Below, piece by piece: positions 10,980 to 20,539 of a DNA stretch of 35,497 nucleotides. Every line of letters begins with the position of its first letter. Positions within the stretch are counted from its first letter, which is position 1. The notes below the pieces were generated by a model. The model saw nothing but the letters and a program-made list of their open reading frames with translations. It made no database searches and was not told the DNA's origin. The position numbers were made by a program, and so were the translations under genes. Source of the DNA: Raja brachyura (taxonomy: Eukaryota); assembly GCA_963514005.1 (NCBI GenBank), contig OY740782.1, positions 77,128,001 through 77,163,497 of the forward strand, read 5' to 3'.

Positions 10980-11857
10980 ATCTGGACCCGTAAATTCTGT
11001 TCTAGACTTCAGTCACAGAAAATCTTAGAACTGTCTCAAATCGCGTGCTGATTGTATATAACATCTAGTCACACAGAATAACTGATAAAACTCAGTAATG
11101 TAGAAGTAAACACTGACAGCATTGTACCATGCAAAATTCTAGACACAAACCACAGAAAAAGAAACATCTGTCTGGCTTACATTCTTAATTTACTTACTTT
11201 AACAGGTAGCTCATAACATTAAGCCCAACAAATATCCGAGTAAACATTATAATTCTGAGGTATTTTAACAATGTGCTACTGCTGGTCTTAAGATAACCAT
11301 CGTACATTTGGAAGGGGAACAAACTTAACACCTTTCACCTTTCACCTTTCACATTTTACATAGCCCAGTGCAATGAAGTATACAGTAATTCCTGTACATC
11401 TAACCTTTCAGTGTGAGGAGAACAACTCTATTTGCTCAGCTCCACTTTCAGCATGAACAAGAAATGCACCACTTCCACACCAATTCATTGATTACATTTT
11501 TTATATAAAATCTCTACATCTACATATAAGGGCCACGTGACCCTGGCTCTCAGCAGCATTTTTAGAAAATATTCGTAAAAAGATAAAACTCTTGACAATA
11601 TATACAACCAGCGCAGCTTACAATATATATGCAACACGTTAAATTAAAATAGGACAATTATATTATACAGTAGTTGGTTTTTAGTGTAAACGCTTTTGTA
11701 ATAGTGCATCTCTGGTTCGTGTAGAGATTGGCAGATTTTTATTTCCAAGCCACAATGTTTTTTTTGTTTGCTTCCCAGAAAATCATACAGAGTTACATTT
11801 TGTGTTCTTTTTTAACTGAAAATGCATGGTTCCATTTTGGGTTTGTTTTGAAATGTT

Positions 11858-12210
11858 TCAGCCCGAGGTATTAAGAGTTTCTGAGGTAGATGATGAAGGG
11901 GAGGGGGTCGATGAGGTAGAGCTAGATTTATCTGAGGTGTCTTCTGTATTTGCTTCACTCCCAGGCGTGGCAGGCGAAGCTGAGGTAAGACCCTCCTTTT
12001 CCCGCTTTTTCTGTTTCATGCGTCGATTCTGGAACCATATTTTCACCTGGGTTTCGTTAAGCTGGAGAGCAGCAGCAATTTCCACCCGCCTGGCCCGGGT
12101 CAGGTACTTATTGAAGTGGAACTCCTTCTCTAGCTCTGTCAGTTGCTTGGTGGTGAAATTAGTTCTCACTGTATTGGGCTGGCCGGCAAAACCATACTCT
12201 CCAGCCTTTC
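11858..12210 (-). CDS. hoxa1: Homeobox protein Hox-A1, exon 2 (homeodomain)
   Basis: Acceptor tttag|GA at 12211/12210; encodes (G)[73 protein letters not shown]...; phase 1 matches exon 1; joined CDS 978 nt. Confidence 0.97.
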
Positions 12211-12454
12211 CTAAACCGGTAAGAATTGATCACAAAACAAATGAATAAGTCAGAGAGGATTTAAAGGGAATAATGTTTCAATTGCTTGCAAATCAGGTCT
12301 AGGTTTCATGCACCGAAAAAATAGTATTCCTGCGTAGTGTTTAGGGTATGTAGACAAACGAAACTATTACCGCCATATCGTCAACTGGTTCATGTTTAAC
12401 ATTGACTTCGGGTGAGGCCCAAAGGAATGGATACAAAATTATAGATCACAGGAA

Positions 12455-12481
12455 GGGGGGGGGGGGGGGGGGGGGGGGGGG
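12455..12481 (+). repeat. G27 homopolymer in hoxa1 intron
   Basis: Uninterrupted run of 27 G. Confidence 0.9.
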
Positions 12482-12661
12482 ACAATTCAGACGAAAGGTG
12501 AGCTCACCGGGTTAGCTTTAACAATATGCAACAGATTAAGAGTCGTTGGTTTGTTTTAGGTATGACAGACTTGGCAATCACTTTTCCAGTATACTTGCGA
12601 GAATCTGGCTTCATCCTATAATTTAGCATAAAAAGAGATATACACAGTAAATCCACTTTAC

Positions 12662-13286
12662 CTGTCTTTGGCGGATTCCTCTTCACTTTCATCCACTCAA
12701 AGGTCTGTGCTGGAGGAGAGGTCTCAGCTGACGGGGAGCAGCAAGATTCCTGGTGACTGCCAGGAGCGGGTGACAGAGGGTGACAGCCTGCAGCCAGCAC
12801 TAAGCCCTGCTGCTCTTGCCTGTAAGGGTGATGGGTATATTGGCCTGGTCTCACCATCCCGCCATAGCTATGGTGCTGTGGGCTAATTGCTGAAGCAAGG
12901 TTGCCAGGATAGACAGCAGGATTACACTGAGGATAACCTCCGTTGCCATCAGTCTCTTGATTTAGTGAGTAGTGATGACTGTAGCCTGTATTGAAGCTTT
13001 GTGCTGGGTATCCCGTCCCACAGTTAGGGTGGGCACTGTAGGGGATGCTCAGGTTGTTATGTGTGTAACTAGCATGTTGATGGTGATGATGATGAAGAGG
13101 AGCACCTATCTGAACACCTCTGCTCACGATATAGCGGTCATCAACGTTGCTGTTATTATTGCCAACGGCACAAGACTGATAAGTTGTAATTCCTTGATCT
13201 GCATGGTAACTTCTGGAAGAACAAGTCCCAGTTTCTCCGCTAATAATAGAATAGTCTAGGAAGGAGCTCATCCTTGCATTGTCCAT
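12662..13286 (-). CDS. hoxa1: Homeobox protein Hox-A1, exon 1
   Basis: Starts [12 protein letters not shown], has a His tract and the hexapeptide region [14 protein letters not shown]; donor ACAG|gtaaag at 12662/12661. Confidence 0.97.
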
Positions 13287-13289
13287 CTG

Positions 13290-13364
13290 TCATTGGATAA
13301 CCAGCCTATAAAGTGACTGTCCACCAACCTGGATGGACCGTGCCAACTTCCCCACTTCCTCAAT
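13290..13364 (-). other. hoxa1 upstream ORF with near-cognate ATT start (24 codons + TGA)
   Basis: ATT GAG GAA GTG GGG AAG TTG GCA ... ATC CAA TGA CAG ATG; same frame as the CDS; resembles the recalled human HOXA1 uORF MEEVRKLA...Q*. Confidence 0.6.
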
Positions 13365-13399
13365 AGAGCTGAAAGAAAATTATATCAATATACAGTGAA

Positions 13400-13492
13400 G
13401 TGTCGCCACGTGACTCCAGCCAGCCAATCGCCAGTCTCGCTGCGAAGTTTGCATGCCCTTGCGGTGATCGATCACTGTAGTGGCATTTAAAT
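13400..13492. promoter_or_regulatory. hoxa1 proximal (probably bidirectional) promoter
   Basis: E-box CACGTG 13407-13412, CCAAT 13424-13428, palindromic GTGATCGATCAC 13464-13475; CpG-rich. Confidence 0.7.
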
Positions 13493-13699
13493 TACAAACG
13501 CTCTTCCATCAAGGTTGCGAGCATTATTAGCCCACAAATGCATTATACTTCAAAGCATGCCCGGCAGAATGCAGAAGGAATTTATTCAAGATACACGTAC
13601 TGTTCCACTGAGGTCTGCAGTGGTATTAGTGAAGGCGCCGATCGCGCGTCCACAATGGGGAAATATCCGTCCTCTTCCGCACAGTAGCCTCTCAGACAG
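13445..13699 (+). ncRNA. Candidate Hotairm1-like lncRNA exon 1
   Basis: AAGTTTGC...GTGATCGATCAC...TAGTGGCATTTAAAT resembles the recalled 5' end of human HOTAIRM1; strong donor CAG|GTAAGG at 13699/13700; syntenic and divergent from hoxa1. No expression evidence. Confidence 0.45.
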
Positions 13700-16600
13700 G
13701 TAAGGAAACTGTTCGATGCTTTAATATTAAACACTTTGCATTTTAAAGCGTACAGAAAGACAATCGTGCCATCCTCGACCTACGGGAATTAGACGTTTCT
13801 GTCCAGTGTCTCAGCCACAGCATAGAGGTGAACAATCTTTTATTTATTAGAAGAACACAACTCGCCGATCTAAGGTCGGGAAAATCTACGCAAAACCTAT
13901 CGGATGTTAGACCGGACGGCGCACTTTAATGAAAGAAAATACAGGTAACTAATGCAGTTCCTTCTGGCATAGGATAGCCCGGTCACATTTATTATTAACT
14001 GATTATACCCCCAATGGTAATCCGTGCGACGTAAAGACGTCCTCAAAGCGTAGGACGAAATTATTAATTGGACCAAGAGGTTTATGATGTAGATATTTAT
14101 AATTAAACTGTGTGTGCTGTGGCGTCCGCTTGTAAAAGGAGGCGCCATGTCTTCAGCGTGCACGGATGTCAGCACAGCCTATCAAGGCCTGGCCTGCGCC
14201 TTCCCTCAGCTTTCCAGCTATTGGCATGGAAATGAGCAGCCTCTTCCACCGAACACAGGCTGCTGGGAGCTTCCCCCTCACTATAGGATTACAGGCAGCC
14301 AAAGGATATTCCTTACATTGGCAGGCTGCCTATTCATTCTGGTTGCTGCGGGAATCAGAGTGTACTTTTTTTTTACACACACAGAGTTATGAATAATAAC
14401 TCCACTTGGCCATAGCATAATGCAGCCAAACGCGGTCGATTCGAAGGCGCAGCCGCCCATCTGTCAGCTTCCTGTAGAGTCCTCCCCGAGCAGAGAGGGT
14501 CGGTCATGATTTGAGATCAATCTTTTGCGCATTACAGACTGACGTGGATCAGGTTTACAGACAATAATTTACTCGGAATAATTAATGATGTCAAACGGTG
14601 GATTCTAATCCCATAGGAAAATTGTCATATAACAACAAGAGGCGGATATGGCCACTATTTCTATATACTTACAGCTTTTTGAACATCAGCATGGGGATTA
14701 ACAATAATGAAAATATATGTTTCTTTCAGTGTTATAATATATTCAGTTTTCTCAAATCAATCAAATACACATGAGCAAATGAGCTGATTGTTGCTATTTG
14801 CGGCCTGCGTGTTTGTGTTTAATGCATTACAAGTATATAGTGAACAAATCATGAAAATAATGTCAGCATATATTCCATATACCCTATACTAAGAAACAAT
14901 TTTATAAACACAAAATCACTTTGTAATCCTTTCATTGACCTTCGTAAAGCACCAGTTTAAACCAGTAGTAAAATCTTACTGGTACATACCACTTCATATC
15001 CAGCAGGTAACGGGGGCACAGAAATGAATGGTAAAGTACTGAGAAAAGATATGTTACTTTTTTTCAAGTATATCAAAATACATTTTTTTCACTGATTGCA
15101 GCAGTAGATTGTGTCGATTTTCCATAAAATATTCTTTTTTCCCGTCCTGCATTCCTTCAAAATATATTCTTTCCCGTTTATAAAACGCGACAATTAGAAC
15201 TTATATTTTAATGTGTTTCCCCGCCTTCCATGTGCTCTTAAGTTGAAACAAATGAGCAGCTTTACAGTAACAGGCAGCTCCGCCATTTTTATTCACTGGG
15301 TCTGTTCAATCAATGGATAGGAAACTGCCTTTTGAAGAGATCTGGGATATGTGGATTTTCAAGGGAAAATAATGTAAATGTTGAAGTTGCAAAAACAATT
15401 CTCCCCTTCCCTAAAAATAATTTCTTGATTGAGGTATCCTACGGACCCTCGTAAGTAATCTACTACCACATCTCACCGCCACCCAGCACACACAAGCACA
15501 CATACAGACAATCTCGCCCGTTAACCAAGGCCGCCTTTGCGTTTATAACTGTAATTGCCTTAACCATACCATTTGTGGAATAACTGGGCTTGCTTCTCTC
15601 CTTGATACGTTTGTAGGAAAGACACATTTCTGGTAGCCTACCCATTATGTCGTGTAAAGACATGTTTCATAGCGACATGTTATTGACAATGTGTCACTGT
15701 TTGCCCGTGCGGTTTGCTTTTAGTAGGCAAAAGTATCGTCTTCCCCGTGGACAGATAATAGCAGCCTGATCAAGTAAAAAAAAACACAATTGCAGTAATA
15801 GCTTACAATTAAAAACGCTCTTTCCGCCATATTTCTGCTTAGTCATTAAACAATTTGACCTCCGGAGTAACAGTAACATCGCTGTAAATCCGTAAGTAGT
15901 TTGTTTCAAATTCGAAGTGAGTGGCAGCAGCGCAGTGCTCTGTGAAAATGAATTACGACTCAACGCCTACAACCTAGAAACTGACAGAGGATCCCCGGCC
16001 AGCCAAATACGTAAGATGACTTTTTTTTTTGTTATGTGCTACTGCGATTGATCCATTTGATGACATTCTCATTCATAAAACAGGATTGATTTATGAGATT
16101 GGGAAGTATTACCTCCAGAGCCGTTCCCGTCACTGCCTTATGCAAAAAAGCTTAACGTGCTTAGGACGCAAACAGGAAGGCTGGAGCAACGCTCGTCGTA
16201 ATCAAAGTTTCTGTTGAATCGAAATAAGAACTACAACAAATTCTTCGGGGTAGGCCATGTGGTGGGGTGGGGGTGGGAGTGGGAGTGGGGGTGGGGTGAG
16301 CATTGTTATAAAAAGGTTAAAACAAAAAAAAGAATGGTTGCCTATAAATCCCAATGCACAATGAGGATGCATTCCTACAGCTGTTGATTTATTTGTACAA
16401 ATGCAAACGTGAAAACAAAGTGTAACTCATATTGCGTTGTATGAAATGTGGTGAAAAATAAGGTTATGTTTAGTGAAGACTTTTATGAACATGAATCTTT
16501 TCACAGAGTAAACATTTGTGTTGAATAGAGAATAGGCTGTACCAACGCTCTCCCGAAGTCCATATTTTTTTAATTGAATACAATCATTTCCCCATATATT

Positions 16601-17614
16601 TCTCTGGAGAAATTAACAAAATAAAAGTAGTAAAGGGCGTGGTGTTATTTTGAATCTTTAACATCCTATTTTAAATACTAGGTCGATCGCGCATGACATA
16701 GTAAAACATATGGGAATCTATATTGCTGATGATGACTGGCAGCAAGCGAGATAAGGGATAGTGGAATCGGCGCGAAAGATTAGCTACTGACATCAATAAA
16801 TAGAGCGTTGTTTGATAACAAGTGCACATGGCCATGGACAAGTAAACTTTTCTCCTTCTTTCCTAGATTTTCAGAGAGGTGGCTGATAATTCCATGGTGA
16901 AATCGTAAAGATTAAAAATGTCAAGAAGATTTTTCTGCGAAATATTGTGATTTCCACCTGTGTCCGCTTGTTTGCATTTATGCAGTTTATGAAAGTGCTC
17001 ATGTATTGTGTGAGTTAATAAACGTCACTTTATTAGATTTACTTCGTCCTTGGCTCTGTATCGCAGTTTTGATAAGTTTTCAACCACAGGTTTATTTTCT
17101 TTCTCTCTGTGGAGATTTACTCCAATAAAGATACTGGATTGTTTTCACCCTTTTCAATAAAATACCGTAAAGAAAAACCAAAGAACGAGACTGACCAGCG
17201 TCGTCGATTTCATTAATGAATTTATGTCAAAAAGAAAACAAAGGATATTTATTACGTGTAAATAGTCCTGAGAGAGAAAATGCTTCAGGGTGGCTACCTG
17301 TAGCGTATAATACTTTATTCTATCAAATTATTAATGGAAATGCACCCTAAAATAATACAAAGTAAAAGAGGTAATAGAGCGATTGGTCAATATGTCTGAA
17401 ATAATTTTCACGTGGACCCATGTATTGCTGAAGAACAAGTTGTGAAATATGGGGGGAAAGTACAACAATGATAATTGATTTTTTGCAATTCTACGTGGTC
17501 CTCAACACATTGAAGTTAATTAAAATGGAAAAAAAATACTGACCATTTGAAAGGAAATGAAGGAAAGGAAACGCATTTAAAAGAAGGCATATTTTCCTTA
17601 CAGCGACTGTTCAG

Positions 17615-18354
17615 TTAGTAGCTCAAATGCTGCAAATCGATTGTAGTTAGAGTATCCGTAAAAAAGTCAAAACTGTCTGCAGAAAGATCCACAGGGCTGT
17701 CCAGAGACCCGGGTAAACTAGGCGATACTCCATCTGAAAGCTGTAAGCAGGATTCTGTAGAAAACACATTAAAATCCTGTAAAGAAGGGACATCAAGGGC
17801 CTCTGGACTGTCATTGTCCAGGCCAGCTGCACAGTTCTGGGCCATTGTTGACAGGCAGTTTTGAACAGTGGGTGACTGTTGAAGAAAATGTTTTAGATTT
17901 TTCTCATTGCTGGGTAAAGGCGAAACTGGGAAACTTTGGGATTCTCCATTGTGTAAATTCTGGGCCTGCTGTTGAGTCAGTGCATTGGTTTGAAAAGTAT
18001 AGCCTTCCCTGTCCAAGAGAGCGCCAGTAACATTGTTGATGCCTTGCTCAAAGAGTGACTTCTCTTCGTCATCTTCAGTCTGCCCACTGTCCTCCAAATT
18101 CTTAAATTTGCCATCTCCGTTTTGGTTTTCTTTGCATTGGGTCTGTCTTTTGTGCTTCATTCGTCTGTTTTGAAACCACACTTTCACTTGTCTTTCAGTC
18201 AAATCAAGCAAGGCTGCAATCTCCACCCGCCTGGGTCGACACAGATACTTGTTGAAGTGAAATTCTTTCTCCAGCTCCAAAAGCTGTGTGTTTGTATAAG
18301 CAGTCCTTAACCTCCGCGATCCCCCGCCTGTATTATCCGGAATTTCATGAGTTT
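17615..18354 (-). CDS. hoxa2: Homeobox protein Hox-A2, exon 2 (homeodomain)
   Basis: Acceptor ctgtag|AA at 18355/18354; [67 protein letters not shown]...[10 protein letters not shown]; joined CDS 1092 nt. Confidence 0.97.
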
Positions 18355-18629
18355 CTACAGATAAGTGGACGCGAAAAAAACAACCATAAAACATATTATA
18401 ACCACTTGAATCAAAAAAATATAAAATATAGACTACCCACTGCAACAAAATGGCCGCCTGAATGCAGTAAATCCATTGTTTCAGAGTCTGCGGCTGTGGC
18501 GTTTACCTCTTTCTAAAATATTAAAAATATTGCAAAATACACATGTGCAGTAGCCCCAATCTTACAGCCAAGTTCGCAACAGCCTTTGCACATTTGGTGA
18601 TCTCTGTATCAGCTGCTTTACCATGAAAG

Positions 18630-18730
18630 TGCGCTCATCTATCACTCTTCATTACTGTCAAATATAAAAACTCTGGGATGGGGAGAGCACAGAAGGTCAT
18701 TTTCTGACTAGCTCGCCAAATAAATCATTC
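18630..18730 (-). promoter_or_regulatory. hoxa2 intronic rhombomere-4-type enhancer (Pbx-Hox and Meis sites)
   Basis: Minus strand TGATAGAT (18637-18644), TGACAG (18655-18660) and TGATTTAT (18720-18727); matches the organisation of the known Hoxa2 intronic r4 module. Confidence 0.7.
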
Positions 18731-18868
18731 TCCATTAAATAAGTAGGAGAAAGTGCTGCAATTTTATAATTATTACCCTGCAGCCCAAATAAAACTGATT
18801 AAACACTCCATGCAAATAAGTTAGACTAACTTAAGACAATAATTAGAAAGGAAACTCTTTGAGCTGAC

Positions 18869-19220
18869 CTTTTTGGGAAAGACAGGATTCTGCGGGTCCA
18901 CAAGAAGCAGGCAGGTGATTCTTCTTGGAGTTTTTTTTCTCTTTCATCCAGGGGTATTCCGGAGGTAGAGTCGCGGCTGGTAAAGGGCTTGTGCCATTTG
19001 GGCTCTGTTTTGGCCGGCTTTGGCGAGGGTGACTGCTGGGATTCAGGCTAGGGATGGTTTGCTCAAAAGGAGGAGGAATCACTGTCGAGTGTGAAAGCGT
19101 CGAGTTCTTGATTGATGAACTTTGAAATGTATCACCGACAGGGGGAAAAGATGTCAGGCACTCAGCAAGCGACGGCTGACTATTGATAAAACCAATTTCT
19201 CGTTCAAATTCGTAATTCAT
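18869..19220 (-). CDS. hoxa2: Homeobox protein Hox-A2, exon 1
   Basis: [38 protein letters not shown]...[10 protein letters not shown]; donor AAAG|gtcagc at 18869/18868. Confidence 0.97.
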
Positions 19221-19309
19221 TGCCGTCTCCACAGAACGTAGGGGAAGAAAGTTAGGTGTTAGTTATTTTTTGGGCCGTTTTAAAAAAATAAATATCGCTG
19301 CTGTTTTTT

Positions 19310-19500
19310 TCTAATTCACTGATTACAGCCGTATGGGGACCGTGCTACTATTAAACTATTGAATTCATGGAGACAAGGTTGAAATTGGACCGAATTCGCT
19401 GTCACATGATTGCGTCTGCCCAATGACAATTTGGGGTTTAATCAAAAGAAGGCACTGTCTATGTGATTGATCCAAAAAGTCAGAGAGGAACGCCTCATTC
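19310..19500 (-). promoter_or_regulatory. hoxa2 conserved promoter / 5' leader block
   Basis: E-box CACATG 19403-19408, CCAAT 19420-19424, TGATTGAT 19464-19471; sequence recognisable as the highly conserved vertebrate Hoxa2 upstream block. Confidence 0.7.
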
Positions 19501-20539
19501 TGGGCTAGCAGTGTTTTGATTTCTACTTTTTGATCCATCTTCGCATATTAAATGTGTAAAAAAATTCAGTTTTAAAGCTTGTGGAAATCAGTTCACACAT
19601 CCTTGCTTGTTTCTTACAGTCTCCCTCTCGGTCTTCCGCACACTTGCTGGCTCCTCTTTCTCTGTGTGTTACCGACTGTCACGAAGACGACTTGCACCTC
19701 ACAAATCATCTTGCACCTAAATCTGACGCCTAGAGTCATTAACAAAGTAATCCATTAATCTTCAAAGTTTTGACATTGGACCCCAGAACCCAGCCACATA
19801 AGAAGTTACACAAGGCGAAGCTGCAGCCATTTGCTTCCATGCTTTCGTTGGGAGTTCTGTTCCCCTATTATTATATCTGTACTGTACCGGATATTCCTTG
19901 ATTTTTGTGCTGAATGAAGGCAATAGTTCACGCAGGAGATCGAATATGGTGGTGATTCTGGATACTCCATTACATTTTTATAGTCGTTTGTTTATGGCCA
20001 ACGAAAAACGTAAACGGCAATTCATTGCAGGTATTGTATTATCTTATTTTAATCTGTAACTTGCGAGGATTCGCTCATAGTTATAATAGGTTATTATATT
20101 TAAAACGTTCGCAAAGACACTGACAGACATAAACACATAAGCATACGTACAGATAAACGCACGAATCGTGAAATAGATGGAGAGATAGAATTGTTAAAGA
20201 CATTACAAAACGAAACCGTTTTAGGAAGGAACGATTTTTCGTAGCGTGGCTAAAGAAGTAAACCTATCGTTTGCTTTCAAGTACTTATATTTAAATTATC
20301 TTTGAAAACATTGTGGTCTGCTTTCATCTAAATTATGAAGGGCGGGTATGGCGGTGGGACGGGAGAAGGGATGAAAGCCAGGTCACGATATACATATTCG
20401 TTCTTCCCACGCACTATTTTATAAATATACCAGCACCTATTAATAATCGCGAAATCTCATTCGCGAACGAGGATTTCATGGGTACTGGGAGTTTACTGAA
20501 ACTAGCAAGATGGAAATGGTAGTGGTTTGCTAGGCCTCC

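Noticed and set aside
11826-12248. 140-aa + strand ORF
   Set aside because: Antisense shadow of hoxa1 exon 2; no independent protein features.
12504-12661. ORF extension of hoxa1 exon 1 beyond the donor
   Set aside because: Intron read-through past a canonical GT donor; the same applies to the ORF-track extensions of the hoxa2 and hoxa3 exons.
19221-19232. GTG-initiated extension of HoxA2 (and TTG extension of HoxA3 at 26449-26463)
   Set aside because: ORF-caller alternative starts; the conserved N-termini begin at MNYEF and MQKAT.
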